Shown here one piece after another: positions 50,014 to 59,460 of a stretch of DNA of 64,000 nt (within the stretch, counting starts at the first letter, position 1; each line of letters opens with the position of its first letter). The DNA lies in the IMG/VR virus record IMGVR_UViG_3300044701_000569, positions 124,001-188,000 of that record. The stretch is one strand, 5' to 3'. Made by a program: the position numbers and the translations under genes. The notes beneath the pieces are model-generated. The model was not told the DNA's origin. It saw nothing but the letters and a program-made list of their open reading frames with translations, and ran no database searches.

Positions 50014-51297
50014 ATGAATCAAGAAGATCTAAAGAATTCAAAATCGTTTTGCATTATGCCATGGGTGCATTTAGCAACAGAGCCTAGCGGCGATGTAAAA
50101 ATCTGTTGTTTGTCAAATAAGAGAATTCGTTCAACTGATAGAAATCATAACCTTGGCCAAGATGATGTTATTGAGATTTTTAACAGCGATCAAATTAGAC
50201 GTAATAGAAAAAACATGCTAGAGGGCGTTAGAATACCTGAGTGTGTGCATTGTTGGAAGGAAGAAGACACTGGCGGACTGTCTCAAAGGCAGGGAGTGAC
50301 AGAGCAGTGGTTAAGAGAATATCCAGAACTGTTAGACATGATTGAAGAAGCTGTAAAGAACGATTATCATGTTAATCATGCTCCTATGTACTATGACTTT
50401 AGATTTGGAAATCTTTGCAATTTAAAGTGTCGCAGTTGCGGATCTTTAAATAGTACACAAATTAACAAGGAATACACAGAGCTAAAAGAAAAATATCCTA
50501 GCACTACATTCTTTTTTGACAGCGGAGAGAAGTACGAAACTCTTAATGAGTGGTATAAGACAGAACAGTTTCACAACAACGTATACAACAATATTGATAA
50601 AATACGAAAAATATATGTTACCGGCGGCGAGCCAACCCTTATCGAACAAAATTATAAGATAATGGAAAAGATTGTAGAAATTGGCAGAGCTAAAGAAGTT
50701 ACAATTATGTTTAACACTAACATGACTAATCTACGTGATGATTTTTACGAGTTAATTGTTAAATTTAAAAATGTAGAAATGTGTATATCAATTGAAGGCT
50801 ACGGTGAAATACAAGAATATTTGAGATATCCGGCTAATTGGAAACAGATAGACAAAAACATTAGACGACTAGCTAGCCTACCTCCGCATGTTCAAATTTT
50901 TGCAGTACCTGTAATCCAAAGTGTTAACTTAGAATACACAGTTGATTTTTGGAAATATATTGAAGACATTAATAATGAATATGGCTACTACAGAGTAAGA
51001 TTGTTACCAATTCTTTTAGACAGTCCGGCTATGAGTGATCTAGGAATATTGCCACTTGAGTATAAATTGAAATGTTTAGCTAAACTAGAAGAATATGTAA
51101 AGTCAGCCAAGTATATAATGGAAGATCCTCACTTTGTAGGTAGGTATAACAATATCAAATCAAAATGTGAAAAAGATCTTTATAATCCAAAGCTGTTAAC
51201 TCAGTTTAAAACATTTACAGATATACTTGACAAAAATAGGGGTCAGAGTTTACAATTAGTAAATCCTTCGCTTTATGAGATATTAGAAAATGTCTAA
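50014..51297 (+). CDS. N-terminal twitch-domain radical SAM enzyme
   Basis: CIMPWVHL..EPSG..KICC...CVHCWKEE..G..S.R; DFRFGNLCNLKCRSC; VTGGEPT; FNTNMT. ATG 50014 preferred over GTG 50002. Confidence 0.92.
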   Translation: MNQEDLKNSKSFCIMPWVHLATEPSGDVKICCLSNKRIRSTDRNHNLGQDDVIEIFNSDQIRRNRKNMLEGVRIPECVHCWKEEDTGGLSQRQGVTEQWLREYPELLDMIEEAVKNDYHVNHAPMYYDFRFGNLCNLKCRSCGSLNSTQINKEYTELKEKYPSTTFFFDSGEKYETLNEWYKTEQFHNNVYNNIDKIRKIYVTGGEPTLIEQNYKIMEKIVEIGRAKEVTIMFNTNMTNLRDDFYELIVKFKNVEMCISIEGYGEIQEYLRYPANWKQIDKNIRRLASLPPHVQIFAVPVIQSVNLEYTVDFWKYIEDINNEYGYYRVRLLPILLDSPAMSDLGILPLEYKLKCLAKLEEYVKSAKYIMEDPHFVGRYNNIKSKCEKDLYNPKLLTQFKTFTDILDKNRGQSLQLVNPSLYEILENV

Positions 51298-52504
51298 CAA
51301 AGATACTTGGTGCATATATCCGTTCGTGCATCTAGCTACTTTTACTAACGGTGATATTACTCCTTGTTGTGTTGCGAGATCTTACAAGGGATTAAATCTT
51401 CACGACATTACTCTAGAACAAGCGTGGAATCATCCTAGTGTAAAAGATGTTCGACAGCGCATGTTAAACGGAGAAACAGTTAGAAATTGTCAAGACTGTT
51501 ACAATGCAGAACAGCACGGAGTTGACAGTCACAGAACCAGCAGCAACAGAGTGTTTGAAAAAGAACACGGATTAACTAAAGAACACTTTGTCTCTAGTGA
51601 ACTAGATATTTCCAAATTGATTACTCTTGATCTTCGATTAGGTAATACGTGTAATCTAAAATGTGTTATGTGTCGTCCTAACGAAAGTCATAAGTGGTAT
51701 GATGATATATTAGAACTCAAACAAATTGATCTTCCTAAGATTGTTTCTGATGATATTTCTTATAAGGCAAATTATAATCGTAACGACTATAATTGGGTTA
51801 ACAACAAACTTTTTTGGGATAATATTGATACAATACTTCCCAACATACGAGAGTTTATTTTTGGTGGCGGCGAACCTTTCATGTTGAAAGAAGTCAAAGC
51901 ACTGCTTCAAAAAGCAGTTGATATGGATCTTGCAAAAAATCTTACAATTAGATTCCACACCAACGGAACTTATTTAACAGCCAACGACTTTAAGTTATTA
52001 CAGCATTTTAAAAGAATCCAATTAATGTTCAGCATTGATGGAGTTGATGAAGTAAATTATTTTTTGAGATTTCCTGCAGAATGGAAAAAAGTTATTGATA
52101 CTATTAATGAGAATGAAAAGTACGGTAAAAATATTGAATCTTACATTCTTTGTAGTCTAACAGGCGTAAGTGCATTCTATTTAGATCAACTCTATGACTT
52201 TGTTTATGAACAGAAATGGAATAAGTTATCCATTGAAAATATAATTTTAGGTAGAGTACATAATCCGGTTTACCTTAATCCTCAAACTCTTGATGATAAC
52301 AGAAAACAATTGATTAAAAACAAATGGGAAAATATTCTAATCAAGTATCCCTCTGTGTCAAAAACTATTATAGAAAATTTAAATTGGATTCTAGGAGAAA
52401 ATACTGAAAGCTCTATAGATGCTACTATAAGCTATGTAAATAGTCTTTGTAAGATTAGATCAATTGACAAAGATATACTAAGAGAGTTTATCAATGGCAA
52501 TTAA
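51290..52504 (+). CDS. N-terminal twitch-domain radical SAM enzyme
   Basis: CIYPFVHL...NG..TPCC...CQDCY..E..G..SHR; DLRLGNTCNLKCVMC; FGGGEPF; FHTNGT. Confidence 0.92.
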   Translation: MSNKDTWCIYPFVHLATFTNGDITPCCVARSYKGLNLHDITLEQAWNHPSVKDVRQRMLNGETVRNCQDCYNAEQHGVDSHRTSSNRVFEKEHGLTKEHFVSSELDISKLITLDLRLGNTCNLKCVMCRPNESHKWYDDILELKQIDLPKIVSDDISYKANYNRNDYNWVNNKLFWDNIDTILPNIREFIFGGGEPFMLKEVKALLQKAVDMDLAKNLTIRFHTNGTYLTANDFKLLQHFKRIQLMFSIDGVDEVNYFLRFPAEWKKVIDTINENEKYGKNIESYILCSLTGVSAFYLDQLYDFVYEQKWNKLSIENIILGRVHNPVYLNPQTLDDNRKQLIKNKWENILIKYPSVSKTIIENLNWILGENTESSIDATISYVNSLCKIRSIDKDILREFINGN

Positions 52505-53720
52505 TCTTTGGTATGATTATGTGAGCAGCAATCAAATTGTAAATAATTTGATTTCAAAAGATTTAAGAAATGAGTATCTTTTAGATTCAACACGACGATC
52601 TGGTAATAACTTTTTACGTTATAATGCAGAACTTCCTAATTTTTTAAAAAATGCAGGAATACCATTTTCGTTAAATTTCTCTCAAGCAATACCTTATCTT
52701 AAAGATTACAATTGGAATGAAACTCAGTATCTTCCAATAGAATTTAATTTTTTTAAATCTGCAGAACCTAAGGATTTAAACTTTGTAGATTCTTTTTTCC
52801 TAAAAAACGGTAAGGCAAATACAGAGTTTTTTGTTTGGTTTCCGCACGAAGCTCCAGATAAAGTTTCTACTGAATATTTTGAACTTCTTAATAAAAATTA
52901 TCCCCATATACCTATTCGTTTTGCACACGGCAATTTGAGAACTCCTAAATGGATTGCGGATCAAGATTTTATAAATTATCGAGCTTTTGATTATTTTTGG
53001 TGGGTACAGCAACAGTTTCCTAGAACAGTCTTAGATAAGAATAAAGAAGAAGTACATACCTTTACGTTCTATAATCATAGAAGTCGATCATTTAGAGCTA
53101 TTCCATATTATTCACTTTTAACTGCTAACAAACTAGTTGGTGCAAAAGCTACCTATCACGGTTACTCGGATAACAGCGAGAACTCAACAGACATTGTTAA
53201 TTATTCAATACAAAGAGAACAAGGAGAGATACCTTGCGAATATTTAAACTTTACTCAGGATGTTAAATTTTTAGATTGGTTAAATTTAAATTCGTCTAGC
53301 AGTTTTAATTTTCAACATTTTGATTTTGTAAATTTGTCTTTACACAGTGATTCATACTTAGATTTTTCAACAGAAACATATCCTTTTGAAAAAGATGATC
53401 ATTTTTTTGTTACAGAAAAAACATATAGACCAATTGCTAGCGGCTGCATATTTTTAACACTTTCACAACCAGGAATGCTTAAATATCTAAAATCAAAAGG
53501 CATTCAAACTTTTGATGATCTATTTGATGAAAGTTATGACACAACTAGCCACTGGTACAACAGATGGAAGATAATAGAAAAAAATATTGACATCTGGTTA
53601 AGTCTTGGTAAAGAAGGCCGTAAAGATTATTATAAGAAAAGTTTTGATAAATTGGTTCATAATCAAAATGTTTTTTATTCAAGAGATTTCGCAGAAGAAA
53701 TAAGGAAGCTATTCCAATGA
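52494..53720 (+). CDS. putative GT-B glycosyltransferase with a GT10 (fucosyltransferase)-like TEK motif; paralog of 59453
   Basis: YLDFSTET......FFVTEKTYRPIASG..F...SQPG.L..L...G..TF..LFDESYD resembles the GT10 donor-binding motif (F.FENS..dYiTEK...a...P...G). Confidence 0.5.
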   Translation: MAINLWYDYVSSNQIVNNLISKDLRNEYLLDSTRRSGNNFLRYNAELPNFLKNAGIPFSLNFSQAIPYLKDYNWNETQYLPIEFNFFKSAEPKDLNFVDSFFLKNGKANTEFFVWFPHEAPDKVSTEYFELLNKNYPHIPIRFAHGNLRTPKWIADQDFINYRAFDYFWWVQQQFPRTVLDKNKEEVHTFTFYNHRSRSFRAIPYYSLLTANKLVGAKATYHGYSDNSENSTDIVNYSIQREQGEIPCEYLNFTQDVKFLDWLNLNSSSSFNFQHFDFVNLSLHSDSYLDFSTETYPFEKDDHFFVTEKTYRPIASGCIFLTLSQPGMLKYLKSKGIQTFDDLFDESYDTTSHWYNRWKIIEKNIDIWLSLGKEGRKDYYKKSFDKLVHNQNVFYSRDFAEEIRKLFQ

Positions 53721-54547
53721 AAATGGAATTTTATAACAAAGATAATCTCACAGGGGTAATTGAAATAAAAGTGTTTGAAACCCAAACAGCAAAAACCTTT
53801 GTTGATGTTATTTCTAAAACTAACAAAACATCATCAACTACTAATCATAGTATTAGCAGAAATAAGATAGAAATTATTAACGATTTTCTTCGAATGAAAG
53901 AAGTTGTTAAACAGTATAATGATACCTCTTATGACAGAAAAATAGATGTTGATTTAGAAAAAGATTTTAGTTTACACAAACTTTTTGATTTACACGAACA
54001 CTTTGAACATTTAGGAGAACGCAAACGTTCTAATGATCCTACACTTAGTATTAAAGCATACAACGAAGTTATCAACATAGGTTGTGAATTAAACGGATTA
54101 ATTCATAAATTAGAAGGTAACTTATATGGAGGACAATGGTTACAGGCCCTATATAAAAAGCCAGACATTGTAAGAATTCCGTTAACCAAAGAAATAATAT
54201 CAGAAGCAGTGCCAGGTTATAGAAAAGATGTCCTATATGTTGGTTATGGAGAAACAGGCAAAAACATGGCACACATATTTCAAATGAATGAGCACGAATT
54301 ATTAGAAAGAAAGATGGTCCAACCTCAAAGATATATTTTAAGTGAATTCTTTTTGCCATTTAATGACATGCCTTTAGATTATGAAGGATATAAGAAATGG
54401 TGCATTAAACATGATGCAGCTGAAAAAGGTTACGACTACGAAAATCCTATTTGGTATGGAAAATGGGAAGTAGGCCAAATAGTTAAAAAATCGTTTAACA
54501 ACTTATCAAGTTTCCCTCAGTACGATACTATAAGGTTCGTTATATGA
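53717..54547 (+). CDS. hypothetical protein, paralog of 45910
   Basis: LFDLHEHFE, NGLIHKLE, GYGETGKNMAHIFQMNE, W, GKWEVGQI. Confidence 0.65.
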   Translation: MKMEFYNKDNLTGVIEIKVFETQTAKTFVDVISKTNKTSSTTNHSISRNKIEIINDFLRMKEVVKQYNDTSYDRKIDVDLEKDFSLHKLFDLHEHFEHLGERKRSNDPTLSIKAYNEVINIGCELNGLIHKLEGNLYGGQWLQALYKKPDIVRIPLTKEIISEAVPGYRKDVLYVGYGETGKNMAHIFQMNEHELLERKMVQPQRYILSEFFLPFNDMPLDYEGYKKWCIKHDAAEKGYDYENPIWYGKWEVGQIVKKSFNNLSSFPQYDTIRFVI

Positions 54548-55374
54548 GTAAGTTGGTAATTTTTGGAGATAGTTTTGCTGATAAAGTGTTAACACATATT
54601 CCAGAAGATAAACAAGCATGGTTTGAAATTTTATCTAAAAAGTTGAACAAAGATTTAGTAAGTTACGGATTAAACGGAACGTCTATTAGTTACTCTGTAT
54701 CTAAGTTGTTTGAATATCTTAATTCTCTTCAATACCATCCAGATGACATAATAGTTTTTGTAACATCTGCTCTAAGTAGATTGCCTCTAGTACACGATAA
54801 AATTGTTCCTAATTATGCATCAAAGTGGTTAATGTATTTAAATGGTGATTTGTCTAAAAAAGATAACGCATGGGCACACTTTCATCAGAACCATAATTTT
54901 TATAAAATGTATCATCAATTTTTTAATTACGAGCAAGTAAAGCAACAAAAAATAGGCATTGCATTGACATTAAAAGGATTACCTAATTTAACTGTAATAC
55001 TGTCAGCATTTGAAGATGTAACTGAAGGATTAATAGATGATCGATTAGATTTATTAAAAAATGATACCAACTTTATTTTAATAAATGCAAAATTATTTCA
55101 AATTAGTGAAGCAGAGTTTGCTCCAACAGGCACAACATATGTTAACTTTACTGATTTTTTTGGAGGAGAATGCAGACATTGCCATTTATCAAATTCTAAT
55201 AATCAAGAATTAGCAGATCAATTATATAATTGTATAACACATCAAAGTAATAACTATTTTAATAAAGACAATTTTAAAAAGCATTTTATTCCGCTTGATT
55301 ACACACAGACTGAAATATTAAATAAAGAATTGTTATCACTTTGGGGTAGAGGAGTTAAAAAATATAATGTCTAA
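54544..55374 (+). CDS. SGNH/GDSL-hydrolase-fold protein (possible O-acyl esterase or transferase), tandem copy 1
   Basis: LVIFGDSFAD (block I), GLNGTS (block II), terminal HCHLSNSNN (block V His). Confidence 0.72.
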   Translation: MSKLVIFGDSFADKVLTHIPEDKQAWFEILSKKLNKDLVSYGLNGTSISYSVSKLFEYLNSLQYHPDDIIVFVTSALSRLPLVHDKIVPNYASKWLMYLNGDLSKKDNAWAHFHQNHNFYKMYHQFFNYEQVKQQKIGIALTLKGLPNLTVILSAFEDVTEGLIDDRLDLLKNDTNFILINAKLFQISEAEFAPTGTTYVNFTDFFGGECRHCHLSNSNNQELADQLYNCITHQSNNYFNKDNFKKHFIPLDYTQTEILNKELLSLWGRGVKKYNV

Positions 55375-56197
55375 ATTGGTAATTTTTGGCGATAGCTTTG
55401 CAGATAGAATACGCCTTACAAAAAATTATAATTCTGTAGTATGGTATGAATTACTAGCAGATCGATTAAATTTGCAACTTCACCACTACGGAATGAACGG
55501 AACTTCTATAGAATATTCTATTTTAAAACTATATCAATATTTAAATTCTGATAATTATTCAACAGACGATGTTATCATCTTTGTGTGTACTAGCAGTACA
55601 AGAGTTCCTTTAGTTCACGAAAATCTTAATCCTAAATATGCAGCGCATTGGTTAAAGTTTTTACAAGGCGAACTAGTAAATAGCGCCGAGAAAGATTTAG
55701 TTAATCATTATCAGAAAAACAATTTATTTTATAAAACATTGTTTTCATTTTTTAATTACGATTTAGCTCAAACACAAAAGAGTCATGCCGCATTATTGCT
55801 AAAAACACTACCAAATACCGCAGTAATTATGACTGCATTTGACGACATACTTGCTATTAAACCTAATAGAAACGTTCTTAACGATACAGATAATTTTTTA
55901 TTAATAAACGCTAATCTATTTGCTATTTCAACTAACGAATTTGCTGAAGGTCTTAAATACGACACTTTTAGAAATTTTTTTAAAGGAGAAGTAAGAAATT
56001 CTCATTTAGGAACAACTAATAATAATATACTTGCTCAACAGTTATACAACTGTATTAAAAATAAATCAAGCAAGTATTTTATAAAAGAAGAATATAAAAA
56101 AAATTATATAAAATTAGAAATAAACAATACTACAAAAGAAATTTATGACTACGAGTTAGTTAAAATTTGGCGAGAAAATTTAAGATTAGAAGATTAG
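55367..56197 (+). CDS. SGNH/GDSL-hydrolase-fold protein, tandem copy 2
   Basis: Identical first 13 aa MSKLVIFGDSFAD, GMNGTS, RNSHLGTTNN. Confidence 0.72.
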   Translation: MSKLVIFGDSFADRIRLTKNYNSVVWYELLADRLNLQLHHYGMNGTSIEYSILKLYQYLNSDNYSTDDVIIFVCTSSTRVPLVHENLNPKYAAHWLKFLQGELVNSAEKDLVNHYQKNNLFYKTLFSFFNYDLAQTQKSHAALLLKTLPNTAVIMTAFDDILAIKPNRNVLNDTDNFLLINANLFAISTNEFAEGLKYDTFRNFFKGEVRNSHLGTTNNNILAQQLYNCIKNKSSKYFIKEEYKKNYIKLEINNTTKEIYDYELVKIWRENLRLED

Positions 56198-56198
56198 T

Positions 56199-56882
56199 AT
56201 GTACGACATTGTATTCATAAGCTATCAAGAACCTAACGCTGAAAAAAATTGGGAAAATCTTAAGTCAAGATTTTCTACGGCTAAAAGAGTGCATGGTATA
56301 AAAGGCATACATCAAGCACACATTGCTGCGGCTAAAAAGTGTTTTACAAAGATGTTTTGGGTAGTTGATGGCGACGCAGAAATTTTAGACACTTTTGATT
56401 TTAATTATACAGTGCCTGAGTGGGAGTTAGAAACAGTACATGTTTGGCGCAGTAAAAATCCTATAAACGATTTAGTTTATGGTTATGGGGGTGTAAAACT
56501 ATTACCTCAGCGATTGACTAAAAACATGGATATATCTAAACCAGATATGACTACAAGCATATCGTCATATTTTCGAGCAATGCCTGACGTTTCAAACATT
56601 ACGGCATTCAACACAGATCCATTTAACACATGGAAAAGCGCATTTAGAGAATGTGCTAAATTAGCAAGTAAAACTATAATCAGACAAAACGAGGATGAAA
56701 CAAATGAAAGGCTGCAAATTTGGCAGAATGTTGGACAGGACAGACCTTTTGGAGAATATGCTATTCGGGGTGCTTACAGCGGCAGTAATTTTGGTAATTT
56801 ACATAGGGGTATCCCAGATGTCTTAAAACAGATAAACGACTTTGATTGGCTAGAGGAACAGTTTCGTGCAGAAAATTTCTAA
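56199..56882 (+). CDS. glycosyltransferase-like protein (GT-A, DGD motif), paralog of 42285
   Basis: YDIVFISYQEPNAE..W..L.....KRVHGIKGIHQAH..AA....FWVVDGDA, LVYGYGGVKL, TWKSAFRECAKL. Confidence 0.62.
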   Translation: MYDIVFISYQEPNAEKNWENLKSRFSTAKRVHGIKGIHQAHIAAAKKCFTKMFWVVDGDAEILDTFDFNYTVPEWELETVHVWRSKNPINDLVYGYGGVKLLPQRLTKNMDISKPDMTTSISSYFRAMPDVSNITAFNTDPFNTWKSAFRECAKLASKTIIRQNEDETNERLQIWQNVGQDRPFGEYAIRGAYSGSNFGNLHRGIPDVLKQINDFDWLEEQFRAENF

Positions 56883-57939
56883 CATACGCCAGGTTCATAT
56901 AGAACTAACAGACAAGTGCCAAGCACAATGTCCTATGTGTGCTAGAAATTTTCACGGGGGTCCTACTAGACCGTTTATAAAAAACGGTGACATTTCTATT
57001 GAACAGTTTAAGGAATGGTTTCCAAAAGCATTTTTATCTCAGCTAACAAACTTTTATAGTTGTGGGAATTATGGTGATCCTGCTTTTGCAAAAGATTGTT
57101 TAGAAATATATTCATATGTTCGAGAATGTAATCCAACTACACGTCTAGCTCTGCATACAAACGGAGGAATGAGGAATCCAGATTGGTGGAGTAAACTAGC
57201 AAAGGTTTTAGGATCTTCTGCTAACTCAGAAGTTGTCTTTGCTGTAGACGGATTTAAAGACAAGCACGAATTATATCGCAGAAATACAAATTTTGATAAA
57301 GTTATAGAAAACATGACAGCATTTATCGAAGCTGGCGGCCGAGCAAGGGTTGACAGTCTAGTATTTGCACACAACGAGCACGATGTAGAGGAACTAGAAC
57401 AATATTTAAATAATCTAGGTGTTGATAATGTAAATTTTGTTAGTACAACACGATTTTATGAAATGGATTCTTTTCCTGTACACGATTTAGACAATCGTCA
57501 TGTGTATGATTTAAAACCAGCACAGCGAATAGAATTTAAAAGAAATCCTAATAATGCTTTGGATCAATTAGTAGACCAACAGTTTAGAGATAAAGTAATT
57601 GGTGCTGCTGAAATATCACCTCTTTGTGTATCTGAACAGGGTATATACGTTGATCCTTACGGAAACATTCTGCCCTGCTGCTGGATAGGCAGTGATTATC
57701 TAGAAGAACCAATAGAAGAAATTTTGCCAATACATTATTTAAGAAATTTAAGTGTACAAAATACAAAGAACATGCTTAAAGATATAACAGTACCTAATTG
57801 TCAAGATAAGGTACTTTACAATTCGTCGGATGTTTTGTGGTCTAAACTGTCAGATTATTGGACAGGAGAAAACAAATGTATGACCTGTGTAAAGGTCTGT
57901 TCAAAGGCTTTGTATAATAGTAGAAAGAATAATGAATAA
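56866..57939 (+). CDS. radical SAM enzyme with a C-terminal twitch/SPASM-like domain
   Basis: HIELTDKCQAQCPMCAR; CGNYGDP in place of GGEP; HTNGG; C-terminal PLC..EQGIYVDPYG.ILPCCW...CMTCVKVC. GTG start after GAGGA. Confidence 0.9.
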   Translation: MQKISNIRQVHIELTDKCQAQCPMCARNFHGGPTRPFIKNGDISIEQFKEWFPKAFLSQLTNFYSCGNYGDPAFAKDCLEIYSYVRECNPTTRLALHTNGGMRNPDWWSKLAKVLGSSANSEVVFAVDGFKDKHELYRRNTNFDKVIENMTAFIEAGGRARVDSLVFAHNEHDVEELEQYLNNLGVDNVNFVSTTRFYEMDSFPVHDLDNRHVYDLKPAQRIEFKRNPNNALDQLVDQQFRDKVIGAAEISPLCVSEQGIYVDPYGNILPCCWIGSDYLEEPIEEILPIHYLRNLSVQNTKNMLKDITVPNCQDKVLYNSSDVLWSKLSDYWTGENKCMTCVKVCSKALYNSRKNNE

Positions 57940-58915
57940 TTTTCAAAATATACCCTGGCAAAACATAAAGCAGTTTGGCCAACAAACAATGCTACAGAAT
58001 CCTCTGTTCACTGTGTCTTGGATACTAGCAAGATTCTGTAATTACAACTGTTCTTATTGTTGGCCTTATGCTAGATCCAGCACTCCCGACCATCAAACTT
58101 TAGAAACTTATATTAAAACAATGGATAGTATCAAAGAGCAGGCTCGAAATAATGGATTTACAAACTTTCATTTTAGTTTTAGCGGAGGAGAACCGACTGC
58201 TTATAAACAGTTTGGAGACCTTATTGAACATTATGCAAGTGATGCATTACCTGACTATCAAAGTATACACATGACAACTAACTTATCGCCAGGTAGTAAG
58301 TGGTGGAGTAAATGGTTAGAAGCTACTAGTACATTACATAGAAAAAGTATTACAGCTAGTTTCCATGCTGAACATGCACAAGAACAGGAATTTGGAGATA
58401 AGTGTCTACAATTAATGAATGCCGGAGTATTTGTAACCATAAATCAAGTTATGGTTCCTTCGCAGTTTTATGATCTTTATGCTAGGTGCGAACGATTTGT
58501 AGAAAGAGGTATTAATGTTACTCTTAAACCGCAGAGTGATCCTACTGCTAGTTTTGTAGTTAACGGTTATACTGAAGATCAAATACATAAGATGCAGACA
58601 GGATTCCCACAGAAGTGGTTAGGTGAAGAGGTTTCACAAGTAGAACTTCAGGACTATGAGGGTAATAAATATTACATCGATCAAGCTGAACGGTTTAACG
58701 CATTTGGATTTAATAAATTTAAAGGTTGGCTTTGCAATGCAGGATACCAAGGTATTGTAATAAGAGAAAATGAAGTAAAAAGAAGTTATAGTTGTAAAGA
58801 TGTTCCGATTGGTACACTTGAAAACGGTTTTACAATTTTTGATAGCCCAACAGTATGTATTAGTGAATCGTGTGTTAGTAGCGCAGACAGCAAAATTCCT
58901 AAAAGGAGAAATTAA
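57932..58915 (+). CDS. radical SAM enzyme with a C-terminal Cys-rich auxiliary domain
   Basis: WILARFCNYNCSYC, FSGGEPT, MTTNLS; C-terminal GWLCNAG...SYSC...CISESCVSSAD. Confidence 0.9.
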   Translation: MNNFQNIPWQNIKQFGQQTMLQNPLFTVSWILARFCNYNCSYCWPYARSSTPDHQTLETYIKTMDSIKEQARNNGFTNFHFSFSGGEPTAYKQFGDLIEHYASDALPDYQSIHMTTNLSPGSKWWSKWLEATSTLHRKSITASFHAEHAQEQEFGDKCLQLMNAGVFVTINQVMVPSQFYDLYARCERFVERGINVTLKPQSDPTASFVVNGYTEDQIHKMQTGFPQKWLGEEVSQVELQDYEGNKYYIDQAERFNAFGFNKFKGWLCNAGYQGIVIRENEVKRSYSCKDVPIGTLENGFTIFDSPTVCISESCVSSADSKIPKRRN

Positions 58916-59460
58916 TGTTTAAAGAAGTAGCAATAGATTATGATTTTAGTATTTTTCTAAATGCTGATTACAATCAACACGAAGGTAGCTGTGTTAAACA
59001 CCAAGTATACGAACTAACAGACATTCATGAAAAGTTTGGAGGATTTCCTAACACTTTCTGTCTAGAAAATACTAAAATACATCAACTTTGGTGGACGGCT
59101 GATAATATAGACTTTAGCAGACTAGGCAGTCAACTTGGTATGGAGATTATTACAGTTAGTTCAATACTTCAACCTCCTGGCAATGTAATTCCGCTACACA
59201 GAGATACATTCTTTCAAATTAAAAAGAGATATCCTGACGATACTAGAAAAAAGGTTAGAGCTAATATGTATCTAGAAGATTGGAAAGTTGGACACATCAT
59301 TCAATATAGTAAAGATTCGGATTCTAACGAATGGGCCAACCATACACACTGGAAAGCTGGTCAAGGTTTATTATGGGATGAATCTATCCTTCATATTGGC
59401 GCAAACATAGGGTTACAAAACAAGTATACTCTACAGATATCCGGCTTTTTAAATGAATAA
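58915..59460 (+). CDS. 2OG-Fe(II) dioxygenase (AspH/LpxO-like cupin fold)
   Basis: QPPGNVIPLHRD (HxD), W..G.GLLWDESILHIGAN (distal His), KYTLQISG; AGGAG RBS. Confidence 0.75.
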   Translation: MFKEVAIDYDFSIFLNADYNQHEGSCVKHQVYELTDIHEKFGGFPNTFCLENTKIHQLWWTADNIDFSRLGSQLGMEIITVSSILQPPGNVIPLHRDTFFQIKKRYPDDTRKKVRANMYLEDWKVGHIIQYSKDSDSNEWANHTHWKAGQGLLWDESILHIGANIGLQNKYTLQISGFLNE

